Assembly (NCBI GenBank): GCA_023250175.1 | Contig: JAHFBD010000001.1 | Coordinates: forward strand, 1-38,295 | Reading direction: 5' to 3' | Origin: Candidatus Melainabacteria bacterium | GTDB lineage: Bacteria; Cyanobacteriota; Vampirovibrionia; 2-02-FULL-35-15 | DNA length: 38,295 nt | Part shown: one piece after another, positions 18,312-26,590 of the stretch | Numbering within the stretch: position 1 is the stretch's first letter | Layout: each line of letters starts with the position of its first letter | Notes under the pieces: generated by a model | What the model was told of the DNA's origin: nothing | Databases searched by the model: none | Seen by the model: only the letters and a program-made list of their open reading frames with translations | Translations under genes and position numbers: made by a program

Positions 18312-18967
18312 GTTCTTTAGAACAACTATCAAGCTATGCCATCGGAATAGCACTAGTAGTAAGCATTTTAATGTCAGGTTGTCATCGTCTTGAAACAATG
18401 GTTAGACTCTTTATCATTCAATCTTTGGGATTAATTCTAGTTTTATTATTTGCTGGTTTAATTAACAATAATCCTGACATCATTACATTCTGTGTTATTA
18501 CCTTTTTAGCTAAATGTGTTTTAATACCCACCATTCTCACTTTTATTCTACAAAAAATTCAAATAAACAGACAAATAGAAACGTACATAGGACTTCCGAC
18601 ATCAATGCTTATATGCTGTGTTCTGACTGCTCTTATATTTGAAGCAGTACCAAATATTGGAATTGAAAAAGAGATACATGTGTTATCAAGTGGATTACTT
18701 AGTAGCTCTATTTCAATGATTATAATTGGATTATTTATCATGATGACAAGGAAAAAAGCATTTGCCCAAATACTTGGTTTATATGTTATGGAGAATGGGA
18801 TTTTTGCTTTAACAATTGACACGATCTTCGAAATGCCACAAGTTGTTGAGATGGGTATATTCCTTAATTTACTTATTGGTGCACTTGTTATGGGAGTGTG
18901 GGTTTATAGGATAAAGCAATCTTTTGACACAATTAACGTAGAAGAAATGAAGGATCTAAAAACATAA
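18308..18967 (+). CDS. hyfE: hydrogenase-4 membrane subunit HyfE-like
   Basis: 219-aa polytopic protein between the NuoH-like and NuoN-like genes. Size and position match HyfE. 4-nt overlap with hyfC. Confidence 0.7.
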   Translation: MSSLEQLSSYAIGIALVVSILMSGCHRLETMVRLFIIQSLGLILVLLFAGLINNNPDIITFCVITFLAKCVLIPTILTFILQKIQINRQIETYIGLPTSMLICCVLTALIFEAVPNIGIEKEIHVLSSGLLSSSISMIIIGLFIMMTRKKAFAQILGLYVMENGIFALTIDTIFEMPQVVEMGIFLNLLIGALVMGVWVYRIKQSFDTINVEEMKDLKT

Positions 18968-18968
18968 T

Positions 18969-20510
18969 ATGCATAATAAAGAAATAATTCTCTTCTTGAG
19001 CATGCCTGTACTTGCAGCACTATCTTCTGTATTTATCCAAAATAAAAAGTGGCTTGGGAGAATACAGTCTATCTGGATGTTATTTTTATTTTTCTTAGGT
19101 CTGAATCTCATAAAAAACATACTACAAAGCACTAACATTACTGCTTTTAACAATTTTCTTTATTTAGATGCACTAAGTGGTTTAATGATTTTTTTAATTA
19201 CTTTAGTGGGTACAATAGCTTCCATTTATTCGATTGGATATATGACTAATGAAATAGAGGAAAAAATTCATAATTTATGGAAATTAAAAGGTTACTATGT
19301 ACTGCTTAATGCATTTATTTTCACAATGCTTTTAACCGTTATAGTAAATAGTATTGGGGTAATCTGGATTGCTATTGAGCTTACAACTTTAATCTCAGCA
19401 TTCTTAGTGGGTTATTACAATAAAGAGGCTCCTGTGGAAGCATCTTGGAAATATATAATTCTTTGTACTGTTGGTATTGCATTTGCAATGATTGGAATTA
19501 TTCTTGGATACTATGCCGTTACACATGCAGGGGGAATTCAAGAATTAGGCTTAAATTGGAATTATTTAACAACAATTGCATATAAATTAGATCCTGACTT
19601 AATGAAAATTGCATTTATTTTTATACTTATTGGATTTGGTACAAAAGCTGGTCTTGCACCAATGCATTCATGGTTACCAGATGCTCACAGTGAAGCTCCT
19701 ACACCAGTCAGTGCATTACTTTCAGGAGTATTAATAAAATGCGGGATTTATGGAATAATTAGATTTGCAATAATAACTAATTTAGCAATAGGACATCTTT
19801 TTACAAGCAACTTAATTTTAATTTTTGGACTTATTTCAATTGGCATTTCTATACCATTTATCCTTATACAAAAGCATATAAAAAGGCTTTTTGCATATTC
19901 TAGTTTAGAAAATATTGGAATTATTGCCTGTGGATTAGGTTTTGCAAACCCAATTGCAGTATTTGGTGCATTATTCCATATGATAAATCATGCAATGGTA
20001 AAGTCTTTAATGTTCTTTACTGCAGGTAACTTGTCATTAAAGTTTCATAGCAAGGATATGGAACACATTAAAGGTTCAATTCAGCTTATGCCAATTAGCG
20101 GGGTTATTCTTCTAATCGGTGGACTTGCTCTAGCTGGCTCACCACCATTTTCAATGTTTCTTAGTGAATTTTATATCCTTCGTGGAGGCGTTGAAGGAAA
20201 TCACTGGATTGCAACAGCACTGTTTGTTTTATTCTTAGTAATTATTTTTGGTGGATTATCTAATCATTTACTACAAATGACATTAGGAGAAGTAATCAAC
20301 ACAAAAAATAGCCCAATTAAAATTTTAAAAGGTGAGGTAGGCAGATCAAGCATCTTAAGCTTAGTAATTCCACTCTTAATGGTTTGTTTACTTGGTCTAT
20401 GGATACCTGGTCCTCTTTTCAGACTTCTTAATGAAGCAACTAAAATAATTACTCTTGATAGACCCAATTCTTATGCATTTTCACCCAATAGGATTGATAA
20501 AAGCTTATGA
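18969..20510 (+). CDS. hyfF: hydrogenase-4 membrane subunit, NuoM/NuoN/HyfF-like antiporter-type subunit
   Basis: GFGTKAGLAPMHSWLPDAHSEAPTPVSALLSGVLIKCGIYGIIRF; 513 aa. Confidence 0.8.
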   Translation: MHNKEIILFLSMPVLAALSSVFIQNKKWLGRIQSIWMLFLFFLGLNLIKNILQSTNITAFNNFLYLDALSGLMIFLITLVGTIASIYSIGYMTNEIEEKIHNLWKLKGYYVLLNAFIFTMLLTVIVNSIGVIWIAIELTTLISAFLVGYYNKEAPVEASWKYIILCTVGIAFAMIGIILGYYAVTHAGGIQELGLNWNYLTTIAYKLDPDLMKIAFIFILIGFGTKAGLAPMHSWLPDAHSEAPTPVSALLSGVLIKCGIYGIIRFAIITNLAIGHLFTSNLILIFGLISIGISIPFILIQKHIKRLFAYSSLENIGIIACGLGFANPIAVFGALFHMINHAMVKSLMFFTAGNLSLKFHSKDMEHIKGSIQLMPISGVILLIGGLALAGSPPFSMFLSEFYILRGGVEGNHWIATALFVLFLVIIFGGLSNHLLQMTLGEVINTKNSPIKILKGEVGRSSILSLVIPLLMVCLLGLWIPGPLFRLLNEATKIITLDRPNSYAFSPNRIDKSL

Positions 20511-22108
20511 AAACAATTGAAACCACTACTGTGATTGAACAAATAAAACGTCTGTTAAAAGACTCTATTATTAATGAACGACTTATTGCCTCAAATCATA
20601 CTGAGTTAACTGTTGACAAAAATGCTTTAGCAATATCATCAGAAATTATAATCAAAGAATCTAAATTCAATTCTTCATTAATTACTATAACTGCAACTGA
20701 CGAGAGAGAATTAAATAATAATTATGTACTGAATGTAGTTTTCTCTCTAAGAGCAATAAACTATTTGATTACATTAAAAGCAAGCATTAATCAATCTAAT
20801 CTCTCATACCCAGCAATAAGTACAAGGATTCCTTATGCAAATTGGCATGAAAGAGAGATTCATGATCTCTTTGGCATTGTTCCAGAAGGTATAGAGTTAG
20901 ATCCTCTTATTTTACATAGAGACTGGCATCCAGGAAAAAATTTCCCAATGCGAAGAGATTTTTCAAAAAATAATCAAATACCAATTACTGATCATGAAAT
21001 AGAATTTTCGGTACCACATGGAGAAGGTCTACACCAAATAGCTGTTGGTCCAATTCATGCCGGTATTATTGAACCGGGACACCTTCGGTTTTGTGCATTA
21101 GGTGAAGAGATTCACAAGTTTGATGTTCAACTTTTTTATACACATAAGGGTATAGAAAAAATGCTAGAAGGTAAAACTATAAATGAAGCATTAACATTAG
21201 CAGAACATTTATGTGGCATGTGCTCCTATAGTCACTCTACGGCTTTTTGTATAGCAATCGAATCTTTAGGAAATATTTTAATTCCTCCTCGAGCTGTACT
21301 TATTAGAACAATTTGTCTTGAGCTTGAAAGGATTGCAAGTCATATGGCAGACCTCACATCTATATGTTCAGCCGGGGGATTTGGTTTTGCTTCTGTACAT
21401 GCAGCAAGACTAAGAGAAACAACACTAAGATCAATATATAATCTTACAGAAAGTAGATTTTTTAGAGGATTAAATACAATTGGTGGGTTACAAAAAGATA
21501 TTGATGATAGAAGTATTAATTTATTGGCACAACAACTTTTACTTTTCAAATCAGATTTTAAAGAATTAGAAAAATTAATTCTAAGTACTGATAGTTTGTT
21601 GGATAGATTAGAATTAACAGGCTTTTTATCAAGGGAACAAGCAATTTCACTTGGGCTTGTAGGTCCAGGAGCACGTGGTTCAGGAGTTGATATAGATGTA
21701 AGAAGAGATGGCTCTTATTTAGCTTATGAAAGGTATCAGGTTAGTGTACCAATTGATACTACGGGGGATGCATTAGCCAGAACAAAGATAAGGATTAATG
21801 AAGTATATGAATCTTTAAGACTAATTAAAAATTTAATTAAAGATTTACCTGATGGGGAAATTTTAACTGAACAAAAATCTTATTCACAATATACACCAAC
21901 CTTAGGAATTCTTGAATCTCCCAAAGGTGAACTTGTTCACTGGGTTATGCTTGATAAAGAAAATAAAATCTTTCGTTATCATGTACGTAGTGCATCATAT
22001 ATAAACTGGGCAGGAGTAGCACAAGCAACTATTGGTAAAAACATAGTTCCAGATGGACCTTTAGTAAATAAAAGTTTTAATCTGTGTTATGCATGTGTGG
22101 ATAGATAA
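20507..22108 (+). CDS. hyfG: group-4 [NiFe] hydrogenase large subunit fused to a NuoC-like N-terminal domain (HyfG/HycE-like)
   Basis: NuoC-like YANWHEREIHDLFGI, then GPIHAGIIEPGHLRF. N-terminal Ni-Fe ligand pair LCGMCSYSH and C-terminal pair CYACVDR at the very end (Cys527, Cys530), with no C-terminal extension. Confidence 0.9.
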   Translation: MKTIETTTVIEQIKRLLKDSIINERLIASNHTELTVDKNALAISSEIIIKESKFNSSLITITATDERELNNNYVLNVVFSLRAINYLITLKASINQSNLSYPAISTRIPYANWHEREIHDLFGIVPEGIELDPLILHRDWHPGKNFPMRRDFSKNNQIPITDHEIEFSVPHGEGLHQIAVGPIHAGIIEPGHLRFCALGEEIHKFDVQLFYTHKGIEKMLEGKTINEALTLAEHLCGMCSYSHSTAFCIAIESLGNILIPPRAVLIRTICLELERIASHMADLTSICSAGGFGFASVHAARLRETTLRSIYNLTESRFFRGLNTIGGLQKDIDDRSINLLAQQLLLFKSDFKELEKLILSTDSLLDRLELTGFLSREQAISLGLVGPGARGSGVDIDVRRDGSYLAYERYQVSVPIDTTGDALARTKIRINEVYESLRLIKNLIKDLPDGEILTEQKSYSQYTPTLGILESPKGELVHWVMLDKENKIFRYHVRSASYINWAGVAQATIGKNIVPDGPLVNKSFNLCYACVDR

Positions 22109-22127
22109 ATAGAGGCACAAAATAAAT

Positions 22128-22682
22128 ATGTTTAATATTTTAAAAATGTGGATTATGAAAGGAAATGCTACTGAAGCACCACCAAATATTAGAGATGGTG
22201 ATATTACTAATTGGCAAAAAGATTTAAACAGAATTGACAAGCTGGATAAAAAAACAAAGCATGCATTAAGTCGTTCACTAATAGTAAGACATTTAGATTT
22301 AGGTTCTTGCAATGCAGAAGAAGCTGAGCTTATTGCTTTATCAAATCCTTTCTATGATATTAGTCGCTTTGGAGTTGAATTTACAGCTTCACCACGACAT
22401 GCAGATGTCTTAGCTATAACTGGTCCAGTTACCAGACATCTTAAAATTGCAATGGAACGAACATACAATGCAATGCCAAATCCAAAGATAGTAGTTGCGA
22501 TTGGAGACGGTGCCTGCAATGGTTCAGTATATGAAAAAACTTATGCTTGTTTGGGGAAAGTGGATCAATTTCTTCCTGTAGATTTTTACATTCCTGGAGA
22601 TCCACCTTCACCAGAAGAAATTATAAAAGGATTATTGGTGTGCAAAAAATTGTTAGCACAAAAGGAGGAGAACAATGGATAA
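22128..22682 (+). CDS. hyfI: group-4 hydrogenase small subunit, NuoB/HyfI/HycG-like, with only two of the four expected cluster cysteines
   Basis: SPRHADVLAITGPVT, PKIVVAIGDGACNGS and VDFYIPGDPPSPEEI align with the NuoB/HycG family. It has SCNAEE where the family has CxxC, and PGDPP where the family has PGCPP. Confidence 0.8.
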   Translation: MFNILKMWIMKGNATEAPPNIRDGDITNWQKDLNRIDKLDKKTKHALSRSLIVRHLDLGSCNAEEAELIALSNPFYDISRFGVEFTASPRHADVLAITGPVTRHLKIAMERTYNAMPNPKIVVAIGDGACNGSVYEKTYACLGKVDQFLPVDFYIPGDPPSPEEIIKGLLVCKKLLAQKEENNG

Positions 22683-23259
22683 GAAAGATGGACTGTTAAA
22701 AATTGACGTATTGTCAGTTGGATTATTTGGACTTGCTGTAGGGGCTTTAACCCTGGGATTTGTACAAATAGGAGTAATTCCACACAATGACGATTTAGCT
22801 ATATCAATTATTTGTCTTGTTTTTGGTGGACTTGTTCAAATAATTGCTGGTATGGTTGACATTAGATACCATGATCAACTTGGTGGCACAGCACTTACAA
22901 TGTATGGTTTTTATTGGACCTCCATTTTTATCATTAAGATTTTGGGGTTAGTAGAAGGCTTTCATTGGGATAATATTCTTTTTCTTCCAATAGTAGCAAT
23001 TTATGCGGTTTTTTCTCTTGTTATGATTTATCTTACAGGACACAAGTCATTTACATTAATGTTGCTGCACATCTTCATCACACTTGTTTTTACGATTGAT
23101 ATTCTTATCAAACTAAATCACTCGCTTGAGTATTATGCAGGAATTGATCACATAATAATTGGTTTAATGGCTCTTTATCATGCACTAATAACACTCATAA
23201 ACAAATATACTGGCAAGGTTGGGTATCTTTTAGGCAAAGCACCTTTCAAGTTCCAGTAA
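22675..23259 (+). CDS. GPR1/FUN34/YaaH (SatP) family anion channel
   Basis: 194 aa and six TM helices. FGGLVQIIAGMVDIRYHDQLGGTALTMYGFYWTS closely parallels E. coli SatP as I recall it ([34 protein letters not shown]). 8-nt overlap with hyfI. Confidence 0.65.
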   Translation: MDKKDGLLKIDVLSVGLFGLAVGALTLGFVQIGVIPHNDDLAISIICLVFGGLVQIIAGMVDIRYHDQLGGTALTMYGFYWTSIFIIKILGLVEGFHWDNILFLPIVAIYAVFSLVMIYLTGHKSFTLMLLHIFITLVFTIDILIKLNHSLEYYAGIDHIIIGLMALYHALITLINKYTGKVGYLLGKAPFKFQ

Positions 23260-23286
23260 GCATTTAATAGTGAGGCTAGAGAAAGA

Positions 23287-24012
23287 GTGAACCTAGTGAA
23301 TCTCTGGAAAAATTTATTTATTTTATTACTGGTTGAATTCTGTAGTTTACTCTTTTCTCCCGTCCTATCCATTGAAAATGATTTAGGTTTATGGGCACCT
23401 ATTTATTTAAAGGCTCCAATAACAGAAAAAGTCAAAGTAAACTTTGAAGTAAATCCTCGTATTCAGGAAAATGTTACTCATATAAATCAACTCTTAGTCA
23501 GACCTTCTCTTGGGTATCAATTAAATAAGCATTGGTCTATTTGGCAAGGCTATGCTTGGGTAACAAATTATATCCCACATTTTGTAAGCGAGCAAAGAAT
23601 CTGGGAGCAAGTATTATATGAGAAGGAATCTAAAAAGTTCTCCAGATTTTCATTTAGCAATAGGCTTAGACTTGAAGAAAGATTTATTCAAAAAGTTCAT
23701 GGAACTCCAGTTAGAATTCGTAACATGTTTAGATTTCAATACGCTCTTGATAAAGATAAAAAATGGTCGGCTGTTTTATATGATGAGCCATTTATAAATC
23801 TTTCTACACATCACAGTGGTCCTCAATCAGGAGTTGATCAAAATAGATTATTTATTGGTTTAAACCATAAGTTTAGCTCGTATATAAGTGCTGAGGGTGG
23901 ATATTTAATGCAATATTTAAATATTCATGCACCTAAGCAAGATAGGATCAATCATAATATTTTACTGAGTTTATATTTTTCTCTCCCACAGATAATAAAA
24001 AGCAAAGAGTGA
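23287..24012 (+). CDS. putative outer-membrane beta-barrel protein (DUF2490-like)
   Basis: Signal peptide, then alternating amphipathic strands with aromatic ends. The motifs LRLEERF and EQRIWEQ recall DUF2490; this assignment is from memory only. Confidence 0.4.
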   Translation: MNLVNLWKNLFILLLVEFCSLLFSPVLSIENDLGLWAPIYLKAPITEKVKVNFEVNPRIQENVTHINQLLVRPSLGYQLNKHWSIWQGYAWVTNYIPHFVSEQRIWEQVLYEKESKKFSRFSFSNRLRLEERFIQKVHGTPVRIRNMFRFQYALDKDKKWSAVLYDEPFINLSTHHSGPQSGVDQNRLFIGLNHKFSSYISAEGGYLMQYLNIHAPKQDRINHNILLSLYFSLPQIIKSKE

Positions 24013-24016
24013 TAAA

Positions 24017-25228
24017 TTAAAGACTTAGATCTTTCTTTGTCTCTGGTGCAAAGAAGCTTACTATTGCACCAACTAAAAAAATAAGAGACATTAATGCACT
24101 TGCTTTACCTATATCTTCATTAAATCTCTCAACTAAATATCCGCTAAACAATACACCTATGCCCGCAAGCGCTCTTCCAACATTAAAACAAAATCCTTGG
24201 GCAGTTGCCCTAATTCTTATCGGGAAAAGTTCTGGGAAATAAACTGCAAATGCACCTGGCATCATACCGTGAAAAAATCCAAGTACAGAAACAACAATTA
24301 AGATAAATATACTATAGCTTTTAAAGAAAGTATATAAACAAGCAGCAGAAATAAAAGTTATAAAAAAACTACTAAATAAAGCTGTTTTCTTTTTAACTAA
24401 TGATATGAAATAGCTACCAACATAACAACCCGCAGTAAAGCTAGACATAAGTACAATCATTGTAATTGTTTTTTCTGCAGTTCCTACATTGAGTGTTCTT
24501 TCTATCCAAAGAGGTAGCCAAAAAACTACACAACCCCAGGCTCCAAGACTAAATGCTACACTAAGCAAAAATGCAATTATTAGATTTCTTAAATATTCAG
24601 AACTGAAAATTTCAAAAGGGTTAGAGATCTTATTTTTTATACAAACCCAGCTTTCTGGCTCAGTAATATTTTGCCTAATAAAAAACACAAGAGCTGCAGG
24701 GATAATGCCTATAAAGAAAACCCATCTCCACCCAAATCCAAAAAGACTTATTAAATAATTAACTATAATTGCAAGTATCCAACCAATAGATGCACCTGTT
24801 GCAAGAAAGGCTGTAGATGAAATTCTGTTTTTTATATTTGACCATTCCGCCAAAAGTGCAACTCCAAGAGCCCATTCCCCACCGACCCCAAGACCAGCTA
24901 AAAATCGAAATACTGTAAGTTGTTCCCAGCTATGAACAAGTCCAGTTAATCCTGTAAAAATAGCATAAGTAAGAATTGAATAAGATAATGCTTTGGCACG
25001 TCCAAATCTGTCTCCGATAAAACCAAAAATAATTCCACCAAGTGCCCAACCAAATAAAAAAATAGCAAGCGCTTTTGCTGCAAGATAACCAAAGTCCGCG
25101 TTGTCTTGTCCAATAATTTCGCTTAGAGCACTGTTTGCAACAAGAGGATATAAAGAGCTATCAAAACCATCAAAAAGCCACCCAAGCCAAGTAGCTAACA
25201 ATACTTTTAAATAATTATTTTTGTTCAC
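24017..25228 (-). CDS. MFS transporter
   Basis: 12 TM helices, GDRFGRAKAL loop 2-3 motif, 403 aa. Confidence 0.85.
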   Translation of the reverse strand: MNKNNYLKVLLATWLGWLFDGFDSSLYPLVANSALSEIIGQDNADFGYLAAKALAIFLFGWALGGIIFGFIGDRFGRAKALSYSILTYAIFTGLTGLVHSWEQLTVFRFLAGLGVGGEWALGVALLAEWSNIKNRISSTAFLATGASIGWILAIIVNYLISLFGFGWRWVFFIGIIPAALVFFIRQNITEPESWVCIKNKISNPFEIFSSEYLRNLIIAFLLSVAFSLGAWGCVVFWLPLWIERTLNVGTAEKTITMIVLMSSFTAGCYVGSYFISLVKKKTALFSSFFITFISAACLYTFFKSYSIFILIVVSVLGFFHGMMPGAFAVYFPELFPIRIRATAQGFCFNVGRALAGIGVLFSGYLVERFNEDIGKASALMSLIFLVGAIVSFFAPETKKDLSL

Positions 25229-25427
25229 TGTAAATCCAATAGTTTATAGATAAGATTATAATTGATTGCTTCTCTGGTACCAATTAATCAAGAGCTTCAA
25301 GGTCAAGTTTATATACCAAAACCAATTACAGTCAATACTTATAATAAATAACTATCTATCCTTTATTGGTGCTTATTATATTAGAATAGATATTAGTTTT
25401 TTTATTGCATTTACGAAGGAGACAATA

Positions 25428-26444
25428 ATGAAAAAAATTAAATCACTTAAATCAATAACACTATGTTTTTTATTTCTGATTATATTAGTAAGCGCTTTCA
25501 GTAAAAATAATGCAGCTACTTTTGTAGTAACCGATAACAATCCATTTTTTCCAAATGATCTAACAGTTACTGGTCCTGGATTTTTTCCTTTTAGCAACAG
25601 TCCGGGAGTTATTACTATATTTAATCAGCAATGCCCAAATCCTACATTTACAGCTGCAGGACCAGATTCATTGTTCGGTGATACATTAGAAATTGGTCCT
25701 GCAGCAAATAATTCCGAAACTGGAAGTAGAACTATTTTAGTTTTTGACATGAATGGAAATGTATCGATTGACTTCTTGAATACCTTTCCATTAGCAGATC
25801 CTAATACTATGATTGCTTTTGATCCTTCTATGGGAGATCTATTAGGACTATCAATAGTCCCAGGTCCAGGATTTCCCACAAGTGGTACCTTTATGATAAC
25901 AACAAGCTTCAACTGTGATGATGGAATGTCTACAACTTCACCAGCTTCCAGCACTAGTTCATCTTCTGGCTCAACTCCTCCTGTAGTTACTTCTTCTTCA
26001 TCTTCTTCAGGTGGTTCAAGCTCAGGAGGAGGAATGTCTTTAACCCCTGCACAAAGTATTGGCGCTGCTATTGGTGATGAGCGCTTTGCTAAAGGTTCAA
26101 TTGATTTAAAAAAACTTCTTAATGCTGGAGCTACATTCTCAGTCCCAAAAGCAATTAATAACTTAGAGGGCTCCGTTAATGAATTAATGACATTACAAAC
26201 TAATCTTGCAGATAGCAACATCATGATAGGAATGAGTACCATTCAGGATACATTAAGTGATGTTATAAATAATGACAATGAAGCCATTATGCTATTGGAA
26301 CCATTTAAAAATACTGATCCATCAATAACTAACGGTGAATTTACTGTTGCTATTACCAAAGCTAAAAAACTAATTAATGAAGCAATGCGAGCTAAAGAAC
26401 TTATACAAATAAAACTTAAAAAATTGGAGAAAAAGGATAAGTAG
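25428..26444 (+). CDS. secreted protein with a Ser-rich linker
   Basis: I prefer ATG 25428 (AAGGAG SD at 25416-25421; MKKIKSLKSITLCFLFLIILVSAFS signal) over the longer track ORF from 25266. Linker is TSPASSTSSSSGSTPPVVTSSSSSSGGSSSGGG. Confidence 0.55.
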   Translation: MKKIKSLKSITLCFLFLIILVSAFSKNNAATFVVTDNNPFFPNDLTVTGPGFFPFSNSPGVITIFNQQCPNPTFTAAGPDSLFGDTLEIGPAANNSETGSRTILVFDMNGNVSIDFLNTFPLADPNTMIAFDPSMGDLLGLSIVPGPGFPTSGTFMITTSFNCDDGMSTTSPASSTSSSSGSTPPVVTSSSSSSGGSSSGGGMSLTPAQSIGAAIGDERFAKGSIDLKKLLNAGATFSVPKAINNLEGSVNELMTLQTNLADSNIMIGMSTIQDTLSDVINNDNEAIMLLEPFKNTDPSITNGEFTVAITKAKKLINEAMRAKELIQIKLKKLEKKDK

Positions 26445-26497
26445 CTAAACTTGTTACTAACGAAATAAACCAAACAATTATTAAACTTTTCAAGATA

Positions 26498-26521
26498 AGC
26501 ATTGAAATAACAGTCAATGCT
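26498..26521 (+). terminator. perfect 8-bp hairpin downstream of 25428..26444
   Basis: AGCATTGA-aataacag-TCAATGCT. No clear U-tract follows, so terminator function is uncertain. Confidence 0.25.
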
Positions 26522-26590
26522 AAAAGTTGAACTTTTGATATAGTCGTATATTACGATTTGTGTGAAATTAGAAATGATAAACTTATAAAA

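Noticed and set aside
18559-22783. Short antisense ORFs within the hydrogenase operon (18559..18822, 18956..19153, 20264..20467, 21340..21549, 22061..22312, 22586..22783)
   Set aside because: All lie opposite recognisable Hyf-like coding sequence.
25266-25427. N-terminal extension of the track ORF 25266..26444, and similarly TTG 26558 for the next gene and ATG 34992 for 35022..35756
   Set aside because: The extensions lack an SD and precede obvious signal peptides or first TM segments that begin at internal ATGs. The shorter starts are preferred, though they are unproven.
25625-26473. Minus-strand ORFs 25625..26242 (205 aa) and 26243..26473
   Set aside because: They lie antisense to the secreted Ser-rich protein. 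The long open frame comes from the Ser/Gly-rich codon repeats (read as Glu/Pro-rich on the other strand).
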